NCBI GenBank assembly: GCA_032718475.1
Contig: JAUCBJ010007200.1
Location: forward strand, 62,001 to 126,000
Origin: Nemertoderma westbladi
Taxonomy: Eukaryota; Animalia; Xenacoelomorpha
Reading direction: 5' to 3'
Length of the DNA: 64,000 nucleotides
Below are positions 1 to 14,328 of this stretch, piece after piece (the first letter of the stretch is position 1; every line of letters begins with the position of its first letter). The notes under the pieces were generated by a model that worked only from the letters and a program-made list of their open reading frames with translations, did not search any database and was not told the DNA's origin. A program made the position numbers and the translations under genes.

Positions 1-589
1 ATTCCCGCTACCCTATCGCCTAGTAGTGCGTTATATAGTGCAGTATATGTGCAGTAAGGCCTACAGTATGTCATGCAGTGTCCTGTGTCCTTCCGGATCG
101 AAGTTTAATCTTCTCGAGTATTCCGAGAAGTCCTCCCCGCGACTACCATATTCTCGGCTGGCAGCTATGTTCCGATGGGAAGATTCTCTCCGATCCCCTC
201 TTCCTTGTACCGGTATACTCTGTACCCCTCTCCTGGTGTGTGGTATATTTCGCCAGGTTGTGTTTCTCCACGGCGTCGGCAATCTCCCGGGTTACAACCC
301 CACCGGCTCTCCTTCTCCATCTCGACTATCGACGGTTCACTGTCCGTCCTTCCCCTCTGGTTGCCCACAGCAACACTTCCTCGTCCCTCCTCGCTTCTTT
401 TGACTCCAGCGTAATGTCCTCCCTCATGAGATCTCATTTCGACCTCCCGGATGAACTCTACTGTTCTTTTTCCATCTTCCGAGTGTGATCAACGTTTCCT
501 CGTTTGGCCGCTTATGGCACCAATGTCCCTCCCCCTGCCTAGTTGGATGGCCCCGGGGATATTCGCAGTCCCCCTACTATCCTCTGTTG

Positions 590-870
590 TCGGGTGCCAC
601 GGTTCACTTAACTCACCGCATGCATTATCTGCCGACACTCGTGGGGCATTCTCTGCACCCCCCCCCCCCGTCTCGTCTGCCGTCGGGTGCCATGGTTCAC
701 TTAAGTCACCGCGCGCATTATCTGCCGACGCTCGTGGGGCATTCTCTGCACCCCCCCCCCCCCCCCCGTCTCGTCTGCCATCGGGTGCCACGGTTCACTT
801 AACTCACCGCGTGCATTATCTGCCGACGCTCGTGGGGCATTCTCTGACCACCCACCCCCCCCCCCCCCCT
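590..870. repeat. Tandem repeat, 3 copies of a ~93-98 bp GC-rich unit ending in a poly-C run
   Basis: Unit TCGGGTGCCA(C/T)GGTTCACTTAA..CACCGC..GCATTATCTGCCGAC.CTCGTGGGGCATTCTCTG + C-run starts at ~590, ~683 and ~781. Confidence 0.9.
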
Positions 871-1459
871 CGTCATTAATTGGTTGTGGTGGGGCGCCGG
901 TAATCCCCCCAAACCCGTCACCTCTTTTTTCGCCCCCATGTTCCCTTCCAGTCGACGTGTTAGTTCTACCCTCACTGGGTTTATTCACCCTCGCTCCTCC
1001 CTGCGCAACTGCGTGGCCTTGTAGGCTCTCACTAGACAAATTGCCTGTTTCCCCTACGTTTATATTAATTGCACCGCTAATAGTCTCACCCTGTTGATTT
1101 GTTATGTTACTATTTAAATTATTTTGATAAAATTCCGCCGGGGTTATTTATTATATTGTTACCTGGATTATACGGATTATCATTTAAATTATTTAAATTA
1201 TTTTGTCACCAATATTTATATTATTTGAATTATTTTATTCACCGCTATTTATATTATTACTTAAATTATTTTGTGCACCAATATTAGAATTATTACCGAG
1301 TAAAATATTATCTCCCGCAAGAAAAGTTTCATTAGTAATAGGGTTATCTATTACGGTACTATTAATATTAATTTCATTAAACGTATTGTTATTACCCCCC
1401 AGACAAGTCCTAGGTCTGCCGTCCGGTACCTGTAAGTGGGGTAATAACAAAGGTTTCCA

Positions 1460-2541
1460 TCACCCCCGGTTCCTCATAAATACTTCCCGAACCAGCCTCC
1501 CCGAACCAGCCTCGCTCTCGGATAAACCCATTTTTGCCACTTCCAATTGGCATTTCTGTTTCGCCTGGTATTGCATTAACCCCCTTAACCGGGTATGCAT
1601 GTCATCCCGCAAACGTTTGCCCACCCTCTCTCTTTCTCTATCCTCTCTAATACGCTGGTTGGCTAACTCTGCCTCTCTCACCTCCCGGTCTCTGCGCTCG
1701 TTTGCTTTTCTCTCGATTCTCTCAGCCTTCTGCCTTTTGCGTTCGTTTTCCACTCTCGCCTCCCGCTCCTCATGCTCTCTACGCTCGTTTGTTTCTCTCT
1801 CAATCCTCTCAACCTCCCGCTTCTTGCGCTCATTTTCCACTCTCGCCTCCCACTCCTCACATTCCTTGTGCTCGTTTGTTTCTCTCCTACTACTCTCAGC
1901 CTCCCACTCCTTGCACTCATTTTCCACTCTCGCCCCCCACTCCTCACGCTCCTTGCACTCATTCATTTCTCTCTCCCCCCACTGTCTATAGTTTCTCGCC
2001 ACCCTTTCGGCCCTCTCTTTACACTCTCTCACTAATTTCCTCTCCCTCTCTAGTAACGCGGTCCCCTCAGAAGGTGTCTCTCTAGTTCCTTTTGATCCAG
2101 CGCTACGATGTCGAATTGACACGCCAGATCTATCTCTAACACCCTTCTTGCTTTCGTGGAGGATGTAGCGGACTTTTCGGTTGCGATGGACTCCCGTCGC
2201 CTGCCTGTCCAACTAATTTTTCCATGCCTACTGGGATTCCTACTAACCGACGACACCAAATCTTCGGGGTTAACCTCGGATTCGCTGTCGTGCGGGTCTG
2301 CCCATCCTACTAACTTAATCCCCCTCGCATCTACTAGATAAGGCCCTACGTACACTATGCTGGCCTCCACCACCTCAGATCGCCACAATTGGAACAGTTC
2401 TGTGGTGACCCCCCTTGCCCTCTCGCTTGCCAGTTCCCCCTGCCAAAATCGGACTAGATAGTGAAAATGTTTGTTGCATTCACCTAGTCTTTGGTTCAAC
2501 TTGGGCTGGTCAACCTTTCTCCCCTCCCTAGCATCCTTCAA
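1460..2541 (-). pseudogene. Fragmented ORF(s) of an unidentified repeat element; Arg/Glu-rich coiled coil with 29-aa repeats
   Basis: Overlapping minus-strand ORFs 2050-2541 and 1460-2212. An 87-bp period (CACTCTCGCC at ~1751, 1838, 1925) encodes units like REARVENERKKREVERIERETNERREHEE. No recognisable catalytic domain. Confidence 0.4.
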
Positions 2542-4280
2542 CAGCCTCTTGGTGGCGTTGTATCCTCGTCACAGGAGATCACTCGTCCCGACGTCTTCCT
2601 CCCTCCCTCCTCGTCCGGCGACGTACCGTCGGCCCCACCGTCGCCATTCCGGTGGGCCATTCGCCGCCCTCGGCCAGTGATGGCCCTGGTCCATAGTCTT
2701 CCATTTAATCAGGTAAATACAGAAAATAATCAGTACTAAAATCCTCACAGACAGACTCAGATCAGAAGTACACAGAACTGTAGTGCAGTACAACTGTTGT
2801 ATATCAATCTACCTAAACCAGTAAAGAATCTACTAATTATAATACTATAAAATAACAGATATTGCAACCATCACCAATTAAAAGTAAAATGCAAAAAGCA
2901 ATAATTTAAGCAAAATTGTGTAACCTTGGTTAAAGATGTCGTAGTAAATTGAAACCAAATGTGAGCTAAATATTTGGCACAGTAGTAACTAGAAAAAAAG
3001 TAATTTGTAGTATAACAGTTAAAGGTAATTAGATTCTTTTTATTAGATTATTTTTAATTCACCCTTTATCCTTTTTGTGACAGTTTTTTTTATATGTGTT
3101 TTTAAATGTATTTTATGGTGATTTCGAATCTGAAATCAATTTTTCGATAAGTTGATTTGTTCTCGAGTTATGGCAACGTTTATAATTTTCCTCCAAAATT
3201 TGAAAATTTGTAAATTTGATGCAGCACCACATTTAACACCAAAAAAGACTATCAAACAACCAAAATTAATTTCAAAATATTTTGCTATTTCTTGAATCAA
3301 AACAATAAAAGAAGATCATTTTTGAAAATTTTTTTAAAGCTGCTCACTTTTGGAGCATGTTCGGAGAGTTGTAATCAATAGAAAATTTTAATTTTTCTCG
3401 TGTTGGCTTTTTTAGGATACTTTATTTACTTTTTAAACTACTCAACCGATTTTCGTTCTGTAAGAATTATAATTATGTTGAGGAATATTCTTAATAATTT
3501 TTAATAATAAATAGTCATATGAATGAAAGAATAATTTTGAATTGACAGAATTTAAAATTACTCAAAAATAGAATTAATTGAAAATTTCGCGATTTTTTAC
3601 AAAAAAAATGCCATAACTTTTTCAAAACAAAATTTCAAAATTCTATCAACACAATTTTTGCGCAATTAGTGCTGGAAAATATAGACATCTAGACAGATGG
3701 TGTCGCGATGTCGGTAGAGTAAGTGCGAATCTCCTGTTGAGAGATTCAGTGCCGAACAGAGGTTGCCGTCTTTCAATATATAATTTTAACTGCCGACACC
3801 CCCTCATATGTTAACCCGGTCTCTGGACTTAAAGTCCTGGAGCAGTGAGTCTGAACTAAGAAGGTGCACAACAGTGTGATGTGCGGGATTGTATAATATC
3901 CTTCACCCCTAGTCGGTTCATCTGCTCTGGCGGTGTATTTCCAGAAATCCTAACCCTATTAGTACCAGGCTATAAAATGTTGTACAAATACCGAGAGGGG
4001 GGGGGGGGGGGGTTGCTCATATTGACCCCACCCCGGGTTTAATAGGGCGGGTTAATCTTGTTGGTCACATCGCTGGGTGGATGTTACTCCCACTCTTCCA
4101 CCACCATCCGTGAGGAGATGTGCCAGATTACAGGGTCTCTTAACCCTTTGCGGCCCAGTCTTTAGAAAAATGTGGTTTCTAATGCTCCGGAAAAAAAATT
4201 GTTATGCAAATTTTTTTTTCACCATTTTTGAAGAGAATTTAATGTAGAATCAACTTGTACAAATCTTATATCGCTACCAT

Positions 4281-5479
4281 TGTTCGCGCTTTTAAGACCT
4301 TTGGCAGTTTAACCCGCCAAATCTACATGTCTTCTAGGTTATAAATCGACTTTAGCCTATGACAACTATTTGACACAAATAAATCCAACATTAGCCGAAG
4401 CCAGTCTATGCGCGACCATTCACCCGCTGGATATACCCGGGAGACTGGATTCGGATGCTTTAATTTGATTGCGGTGCAGGCCTACCGTACTATTCGATTG
4501 ATCGTTAATATATAATCTCTGACAAATATTATTCACTTTCGGGAAATATTAGCAGTTCCTTTAGGACGTGGCGCTCTATCTATATAAACAGAGCTATGGC
4601 TTACACTAAACACAACGGAATGGATTATAAGCTACACATAAGGCGCATTCTTTAGGAGATGCTTTGTTACGCGGACAAGCACATACAGACTATTGCACAC
4701 CGCTGCACACTGAATTGCCGATAGTCACTGATTTTAATCTTATATAAAGAGAATAGCAACCGACATTTGTAGGGCCTATAAAATAGCATTCAATTCACTA
4801 CAAACCACGATAATATAAGTCGCAATTGCTATATGTAGCCGGTCTCTCTAACCTTAGTGTATCAAGAAGATCGGGGTTTCTGATCGTTTTATAGTTATTC
4901 TCCAAATAACAATATGCAAACGAATGATACATTTAATAACAAACAGCAAATAGCAGTAAATAATGTGCAATACGTACCGTACCGTTATGTGTTCTTAGTG
5001 TCTCGTACCGTGCCGTGCCGGTAACAGTTATGTGTTCTTATAATTAAAGTCGTTCTAATGTTGGAATAATTCAGAAATATTCCACGGCCGATGTTTCTAG
5101 GCTCTGGAAAAACCAACACACTGAACCCTGTGAGCTGCTGCAGGTAGATTTCAACACAGAAAGGAAAAGCTCTCATTGGCAGAGCATCAGATTCCACAGG
5201 TTCCACGAATGTCTAAATGCCTAACTATCAGGGTTTTTGCAGCCCTTGGCCAGCACACAAAATGAGTCACTCCGCTCGGTTGCTCTGGTTGCATACTCTG
5301 TTGTTATAGCTCTGGTTGGCCGATCGAACGTAACAAAGAGGCCGTCGCTAGGCAAATCAGCCAATCAGCCGGTAGCTTTCATCCTTTGAGTTAGGGAGCT
5401 TTTTAGAGTATTCCAGCGCCTTGGGGGGGAACTGGATTGCGGAGCAAAGGGCCAGTTATATCCCACAAAAGCTTTTACA
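4281..5479 (-). repeat. 3' LTR of BEL copy A
   Basis: Direct repeat of 14340-15538. Preceded on the element strand by purine-rich TGGGAGCGG (PPT), identical to copy B. Confidence 0.95.
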
Positions 5480-5995
5480 CCGCTCCCAGAAAATGGGATT
5501 TAAGTCTATAAAATATACAAAATCACAGTTTCTAAAATATAAAAATACTCTAAACAGTTAGTCTTTCTTACACGGACGGCGTTTACGCAGTTTTTTGAGG
5601 CTAGTAAGAGTCCTTTTCTCTTTGGGGGGAGCCACTTTACGAGGAGGGCTATATAACTCCTGGATGAAGGGTGCAATATGATTGCATCAGAAGGTGTAGG
5701 ATTATAGTCGGGGTATCCGCCGTTTCGATATGCTTCTCCTCGAGCTGATTTTCCTCCGCTCATCGTTGGTCCAAAACTCTCGCCGAGAATAGGGTCATCC
5801 AAGCTCAATATCGTCTTAGAGATTCTGGATTTCCCAATCGAATTGAGATAAAGCCAATTCGTTTATCGCTTGGACTTGCTGTTACAACTTACGTTTATCT
5901 GAACAAACGCAGGTTTCCTTTCTGATCTTTGTAGAATAGCGTTTAACTCGTTTCGTACAACGCTCTCCTCCACCTTGATGCAGGGTTGTATCGCG

Positions 5996-6240
5996 TTAGA
6001 CTGGGACGACTATACGGTTGAATGGCGATATTAGGTGTCCGCGTCCCAATACGGCTAAGTAAGATGGGCTAATATCTAGGAAGCCCACAACCGGGGTGCC
6101 ACCGACTAATTGTTCAGGTAACACTAGATCTTTGAACAGTGAGTACAGCTCGGGAGGATCCGTCATACTAATAGGATCAAGAGTCTGAGGTCTCACTAGG
6201 GAATGAGGAGGTCTGATCGAGTATTCCGGAACTCTGATCA
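5996..6240 (-). CDS. Small accessory ORF3 of copy A (MIRVPEYS..., ~81 aa), hypothetical
   Basis: Open and nearly identical to 35497-35741 in copy B. Confidence 0.35.
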
Positions 6241-6249
6241 TTGGTTTAT

Positions 6250-7072
6250 TTAAGGATCGTCTGAGTCGAACGAGCGTAGGTGATACGTCAAACAAATTTC
6301 GCTCGAAACTCCCGTAAGTATAGCGAGTAAAACCGTGTTTAATACAACGTCTCCACGGATGTTTAGGTCTTTCCGTTTGTTGGTTGGGTCTAGGGCATCC
6401 ATCGCAACAACACCAAAGACGCACGTCTTGTAGGGGAAACTCGAGTGATCTTTCTCCAGTTCACAATACTCCTCCATCCGTTCGAAGCTATCCGGTGCAA
6501 CAGGCTGCGGTCGATCAGCGGTAAGATACATCATAGTCGAATAGAGCCGTTTGAGTTCTACCATGCGGTCATGATGTATACTTGGAGGATATCGAGTTTC
6601 TAGATTCTGTTGACTGGTAATATTGAGATATGTTTCTCTCAAGAATTCCAGATATTTTGGTGAAGTCGCTGCGTTTATCCGGCTCTTCAACATCTTCACT
6701 TTCGAGTCGGTTTCGAATAGAATTTTCGTGTTCGAGTCTCAGTTTATCGTTCCGCTTCCGCTGGGTATGATATTTAAATAAAACCATTTCCCTTTTGGTG
6801 TCTATATCGTTCGTATCGTGTAGGTCGATAGGATGACCAGTAGTTAAGAAGTCCATATACATACCATTACAATGCGTATAGCGAGCGGTGAATTTTCTAC
6901 AGTCCAACCCACGCGCAAGTTGCTTCCGGGACATTGGCGGTTAGATATAACGACCATCGTCCTCCGTAGTAGTTGGACCAACGTCGCCGCGTATCAAGCT
7001 ATCAACAAACGCTTGTAAAGGTAGAGTATATCGCTCCCTGATACCAAGATCATCTTCTATCAACTCAATCAT
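6250..7072 (-). pseudogene. Accessory ORF2 of copy A (one stop, one frameshift)
   Basis: Homologous to 34666-35487. ATG at 7072, GAA>TAA early in the ORF, and a +1 A in an A-run near 6655. Confidence 0.85.
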
Positions 7073-8730
7073 ATCTGCTATATAAGTTTATCCATATTAT
7101 AATGAGTTTATATTTAGGCGAGCGGGCGTCGCTGCCTACCCCTCTCTGCCCCCGGACAGTGCGAGATCCTCAGCGCTGGTGTACTTTCGTCGAGGTGCCT
7201 ATCGCCAACGTCGTAGCTGCACAACGACTACAACAACCAGCACAAGTCACTCCACCGTCCGTCCCAAAGGCTTAGATATACTTCAGGTTCTTACTGGAGA
7301 GTTAGGGCTACTTTCACAATTGCGACTCGCTACTGTAAACACACCTTAGTAGTAACATTCACCTACAAACGCACAAATTCCACGTAACTGTCACAAATTG
7401 TACACATTCTATCACACATTCGGGTCATTTGTCCGTTAGTCAAGTGCCTTCCTGAATGTCACGTTGTTATTATGTATCCTTGGATACTAGCGGTGTGCTA
7501 TTTATTCCGTATGCTATTCAATGAGCAAGCTTTTTATTGTTCTGTTAACTCGCTTCTAATTCTAGCGTGGTTGTTGCTATGGTGACATTATGGAAAGCTA
7601 GCGGTAGAATTAGGGTAATTCTCATGCATACAGATCTGGGATGCTATTTAATAGTAAGTCTTTGATGGTCAATATCATCTTTATATATGATTTTATGAAT
7701 TTTATCGGCTATTGACTCTATATTGGAGATTCTCACACTCTAACACACTTAATAGGATGAATCTCCGCTCCCGTGATCTATTAATTAATGGGATTTTGGG
7801 AATGTTATAAATTGCATAAAATTGCAATTTATTAAATTCATTAAAGTATGAATTTAAATTTATTCCCTGAAATTTTATTATTTGATAGTTAAATTGACAC
7901 AATTTGATTCCAGAGCATATCTGGGGACATATGATCCTTGATTCTATGAATTTGTCTTTTTAAGAGTATCGGTAAATGCTACGATATCTTAATCGACTAG
8001 AATTGTTAAAGGATCTGAATTTTACAGATTTTGATTTATAGATTTATAAATATTAAATAATTAATATTTGAGATGGGCACCAATTTATTCCAGAACATGT
8101 CTGGGGACCTTAACCACTGATTCTAGAATTTTGTCTTTTAAGTATATCGGTGGGTGCCACGATATCTTAGTCGACTAGAATTACAGATGGTCAAAGGGTT
8201 TAACAGATTTATTTTGCGTTATACGCTACTGTTAAAAGGACATCACGCTACTATATGTATTATTTAATATACGGTATGAGAGCAATATCGCACGAAGCAA
8301 TGTCAGTGAGAAGAGGCAAGTCGTTTCCAAGGTCTACCCAGAGCTTGGTTTAGCCGAGACACGAGGATCTGAACTTTGCATTCCTAATACTCTACTTACC
8401 AATAATACTTAAATATAGTAGTGGCTTTATTGTACTTTAACAAGTACGGATATTTCATCTTACTGTAGTCACGTATTTATAATATGATACGGACAGTAAG
8501 GAAAGAGAAAAAGAATTATTTCTCGCCGTCGCACTAAATATAATATATAAGTAATTAAGTAATAAACACTAATATATTGCACTAATCTACTAAATAATCA
8601 CTAAATAACATTCTACTAAATAAAATAGTAGAATAAAACGATTATAATAAAATTACATAATAATACATACATAAATATAAAATAAAAACAAATATAAAAT
8701 GATATAGTCACACGCCCACTCCGTATGTTG

Positions 8731-11700
8731 TTACGTTATGGAGTCCCTAGATATTTGTTGGATTAGGGAGGTGGTCGTGGGAAGAGTATCTTGCCTTCCA
8801 TAGTTTCCGGACAGTTTTCGGTCTCTTTCCAGTAAACATAAACGACCAGCTGGGCGATTGAGTGGTTGTGTTACTTTCTCCGCTCCCTTGGCCTGTCTAA
8901 TCTTCACCGGAGTAAGATGAGGAGGCCATTCATCTTCTTTACTTAGGAAGTCGGGTTCACCTAACCAGTCTGTAGTATCTGTCAGTTCTTAAGGAGTTGC
9001 TCCTCTGGAGGCGATGTCGGCTAGATTGATCGTCTCGGGGCAATGTCTCCATTGATCTACATTGGAGTTGATGTCGTCATTATCTGAGGAGTATGGTGTT
9101 CCCTCAGTTGGGTCGTCAACTTCACTGCTCTCCACTTCCCGTTCACTTAATTGATATACCTGTTCTTTTGGTAATCTTTCTATAAGAGTTCTACGAGAAG
9201 GGCCAGTAAAGTACCAACCTACTCTAGTTCTTCCCGCATAGACTTGTAGTGGTTGCGGTTGAGCAGGCCGTTTCTCCAATGTCTCGAGCGCTTCATGCGC
9301 ATTTTGACCGATGAGTATTTGGACTCCAGGGTAATCGGTGTTGAATCTAGGTATTTCAAGCTGCTGGGTGAAATCGTCCTCATCCCAGTTATAAGGTTCC
9401 ACTTGGCTGGTCGCGAAGTTCTTTATCGCTACCATTTTTACTGACCTTATGCTGTGTTCTCCTAGTTCATCCTGGGGGGTGGACAATGCGCCTATATAGT
9501 AATCTGTAGTTACTGTAGATTTCCAAACCTGCATAATTCCTGACATGTTTAGCTTAGTTCGGAACTTGGGTTGTCCAGCAAAGATGTCTTCGGCTAGTTC
9601 TTTGTCGATGAATGTTCCTGTACTACCGGAGTCAAGGAGGGCGTTCACTACATAACTCCTTTTAGGTCCGTGGACCCTTACCTGGACTACAGGAAATTCT
9701 CGGATTCCTACATTGGAAGGTGGCGCTTTCCAAGATGGTTGTCTGTCAGAAGTAGTTAGGGGGAGCTCACTGTCGGTTTCCTTCTCATGCGTAAGTGCTC
9801 GATACACTGCGGTATTTATTAAGTAACAGGATTCGTTTTCGTCTGAGAATTCGTCCGTATAGAATCCTTCCATTTCAGAAATTTGGTCGGAGAATTCGTC
9901 CGTATAGAATCCTTCCATCTCAGAACTTTGGTCAGTGTCGTTCACATCACTGAATTGGACATGTAGTTTGGACTCACTTACCTGACTCGGGCTGTTTCTT
10001 TCGAATTCGGTGTGCAACAAAATATGATGTTTCGCGCCGCACTTCGCACACCTTGCGTCGGAGTAACAGGTTCGCCGTTGGTGTCCTCATCTGAGGCAAT
10101 TATAACACAACCGCTTATCCCACATGACTTCACGTGTATCCTTTAATGATTTCTTTAGGAATTTATCACACATATTCAAACGGTGGGGCCCGTCGCACAA
10201 CACACATTTGGGCTTGATGTTACTTACTTTAACATGTGCTGTGTGGTGCACGCTCGTTCTTTCCTCGGGCTTTCTCACCTGAATTCTCTTGGGAGACGTA
10301 GGAGGAGTTTTTCTTACCTGTTCTCTCCTGTCATTGGTTCGAGACTTGAATTTACTTACCTGTTCTTTAGGCGTTTTATTGACATAATAAGATCTTTCAG
10401 TGTCTTTCCCGCTATCCTCTCCTTGAGAAGTCTGGCTTTCGCTGTCGTCTGTATAACACACTGGTATTACCTTTCTCCTAGAGACGGGTTTCTCACTTAC
10501 CTTGCTTTCCGGTGTCTTCTCTCTGGACTGCTTTATGAGCTGTAATTTCACTTCGCCATCCAAGAATGACATGAGATCAGCCATGGTAGGGTCTCGTTGT
10601 TGTTGTTCCATCATATATAACACTGTCTTGTCCCAGCGTGTACCTAATCCACCCTTTGGCAGAGTTGATGCTAAGGCTCCTACAACCATAGAATTCTGGT
10701 ATTCATGAGACTTACCTAACCAATCTAGCTGTCTACAGATCTCCTGAATTTCGTCGGAAAACTCTATAATCCCGCTGCTAAGAAACTTTCAGGGCGCCAT
10801 TAATTTTGCATACAAATACCTAGCTATGTTAGTCCTATTACCATACCTGATGTTTATTGTATCCCAAACTTGTCTTAATCCATCTGGATGTCCAATAAAC
10901 TTTAACGCCATTAACTTGGGAGATCCCTCCAAGCACTCGATGAGGAATCTAAGCTTTTCTCCGTTAGATAACACGGAGTTCTGTATGTTATCTTTGTAAT
11001 ATTCATTAAAAGGTAACCATTTCATCTCATCTCCATTGAACTTGACGATCTCTCCCATCTTTACCGCTTGACGGGCTTCGGTTCTAGCCATTTGACGCGT
11101 AAAACTTTCTTGGGCCATCGTATTATTTAATATCGAGTTATTGGTATATAAATTTCTCGGATTATTATCAAGTCTATAGGGAATATCACTGTCAACAGGT
11201 TTATAATTACCCTTAATAGGGTTTACTATAGGAGTTTCTACTTCACTAACACTAACAGTATAGATGCGTGTAGGCTCCACACCTTGCGCATGAAATACTT
11301 CAGACCTAACAGGTTGACACATTGTTACAGAGGGTGGTGGTATACCCTTTTGTAAATTTACTAACTTATCGCATTCTAACGCGATACTTTGCTGCACTTC
11401 TTGCAACGCTAACCTACCCTCTCTTACTGCTCCCTTTAACTGCTGAACAGTCCCTTCCAACTCCCGGACCTGCTGGGAGGAACATTTACAATGTTCCCTC
11501 AGCTGCCCGAGCAGGAGACCCATCTCCCGTCGTCCCTCAGCTACCCACTCGACCGCCGAAGCGGGAGTCGCCAACGTAGTAGCGGACAAGCGAGAGACGA
11601 CGGGCGATAAATTCTTAATATCTCGCTCGGCGTCCAGGATGGGTTCGGACTCGGGAACAGTCCTACTGGGCACAGGTAGTTTCGTGCTGTGCAAAGGGAA

Positions 11701-12198
11701 TTTAGAGGTAGGTTCTGGGAGTACAGGTGTCTCTATCACCGCAGGGGTGGCTTTGAGAACAGGCCTAATTATTTCAGGCTCATCTACTATAGTAGGGAGT
11801 CTTTCTACTGTAATAATTTGGTCTGTGGGTTCTGTACTACCTAAGTCTGTGCTAGCTAGTCTCACCGCAGGAGGCAAATTAGGTAACTTCGGACAGTGTG
11901 GCATTCTTCTACGCCTGCTTGAACGAGATTTATTACCTCTACTTTCGGGATCTCTTATATCACCTTCATCGGAGGAGGCAAATAACTGTCTTCTGGTTTG
12001 TCTCCTCAAATCTGCTTCTGCCACTGCCTCTGCCGCTTTTCTTTCCGCTTCTGCTGCTGCTACTTTTCTTTCCGCTTCTGCAGCTGCCGCTGCTGCTGCT
12101 TTTCTGTCTTCTATCCTTTCAAGACACTGTCCAAGTCGAAGACTCATTCTAACACCTTTCAAAAGACTATCTGACAGTGCCCGTTTTGTGTCAGATAT
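8731..12198 (-). pseudogene. Shortened gag-protease polyprotein of copy A (one frame, 1156 codons, ATG mutated to ATA, 3 internal stops)
   Basis: ORFs 10789-12162, 10087-10689 and 8989-10020 share one frame. DUF1759-type IVKFNGDEMKWLPF, BEL triple knuckles (CVLCDGPHRLNMC, CYNCLR*GHQRRTC, CAKCGAKHHILLH), protease ALLDSGST, then short post-RNase H and C-terminal integrase remnants. Confidence 0.9.
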
Positions 12199-14328
12199 GT
12201 TTGATTGTACAGTTGAATGCCTACTGCTATATTACAGTTAAAGCAAGTCTAGTAATTCAGTATCACTGTTAGCCTAGTAATTAATTACCGATATCGTTAC
12301 TCTATGTAACGTGATATATATACAATATATTAGAATACCGGTATGCTTATAGTATATATAAGTATTATTACAGACTAGGTTTGTCACAGAATACCGGTAT
12401 GCAGCTTACACTTATAATATATATATATATAAGTATAATTACAGACTAGAATCAATTACCGAATACCGGTATAATTTCAGCCTAAAATTTATAGAAATAA
12501 ATATAATAAGCCTATTGTAAATACCGGTATGTCAATTATTTTAGAATAATTGAATTTCTGAAATTTTAGGGGTTACTTGGTTACTTTAACTTACTTTATT
12601 ACCGTTATTTGAGCAGTAGTCCAACTGATATTGAGACCTAGTTGTTGTATGGCAGGCCTACTATTTATAAATCGTTTGAGTTGATTTATAATATATATAC
12701 CCGTTAAAATGGGTTTTTGTCAATATTTGAAATAAATGTTATTATTTCTGGGGGAGTCACTACACAGAAGCTGTGTGCTCTCAGTGGAGTGCTACTTGTT
12801 GGACACTAAAACAAATAATTCTAATTTACCTAAGTTACTTAATACTACAAATTACGTACAATTCGGGTTGAGATTACAATCTCTAAATAAACTCAAAAAT
12901 TTACAAGTACGAATTTTTAGGGTGATTTTACAAGAATTCTACAAACCAGCCTAACAAAGGGTTAGAATACCTGGTTATTACAACGGACAGGGTACTACGG
13001 TATTTGAAAATAATAAGTAGTAGTAAATATACTGCGTTGTCCAGATAGGAAAATACCACCGTCTGACGACCTATAGCCGTATCGCTATAGGTACTACGTT
13101 ATGTATCACGGAGTGTTCCTACCCAGAAGTTAATTACCACGGTCTACCAGAACCAACGTGCCTATTAACCACTTTACAACACAAATATACTGCCTACACA
13201 CTAATTACCTTCGGAAAGCACTGTACACTAAACCCTAAATTAGGTACAAGTACTTGTACAACAAATAATCAGTAGTTAAAAATACTTGAACAGCTAAAAG
13301 AACCACGGTATCTGCCAGAGTGACCAAAGCATAAAATCTCCAGTCTTTACCTACGCCAAGCAGCCCTGATGTAGTACCGGGGTTAGTTTAACTATAACGG
13401 TATGTATAACAAGCACAATTACTGTAGGGATAAATTTGGGGATATGAATGTTGCGAATAATCGCATAAACTCTGAATAATAAATATTACGCTACGCGTAC
13501 AGACTACTCAAACAAAATGCAGACCAAATACTGACAGACTACTATCAAGCCTAAACAAACTACGGTATATGCAGACTCCGAAATGGTTAGTTAGTATGCG
13601 TTCTAACCGAGTAGTACGACTTATTCTTTCAAAAGGGGGTTTACCTCACAGCACTGGAAGCCCCTACATTCCCAACTGGCACTTTATCGGACATATACTC
13701 TACACACGCCGAAATCTCCTCAGACCTAATAACAGCTAGGCAAAATCCAGCCTACAAATTATCTAAGTAAGAAATATTACGCTACCCGTACAAACTACAC
13801 AAACAAAATACAGACCAAACGCTGGCAGACTACTATTAAGCCTAAATAAACTACAGGACATGCAGACTCCGAAATGGTTAGTTAGTATGCGTTCTAACCT
13901 AGTAGTACGACTTATTCTTTCGGTGGGGGATTTACCTTACAGCTCTGGCTGCCCCTACATTTCTAACCGGCACTTTATCGGACATACACTCTACATGCAC
14001 TGCAATCCGTTCAGACCTATCAACAGTCAGACAACAGTCCAGCCTACAAATTATATGTACAATCTGAGCAGGTTTACACGTCTTTTGCTCAATATTAGCC
14101 TACTAGTAAATAAAACTGACAGAAATAAGTAAACCATGCAAAGGAATAAGGGGTGATCAATCCCTAATCCCCTAACAGCCTACAATATACAATATATCAC
14201 AATCGAAATAATACTGCTGTACCTGTACTGTAAGTAAGTACCGGTCCGGATGATCAGGCAGTCAGGCCTACTGGTTACCGGTCGACCGGTACTATCAACT
14301 TGATTGCTTACGCCGCAATCAAGAAGCT

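Noticed and set aside
3020-4060. AT-rich DNA-transposon/MITE-like remnants (TTAAAGG start; TAACCCTATTA with G/C runs, similar at 42470-42550)
   Set aside because: No matching termini or TSD could be established by eye.
8860-9075. Copy A deletions as spliced introns (retroposed spliced RNA)
   Set aside because: The junctions do not map cleanly to GT..AG boundaries in copies B or C.
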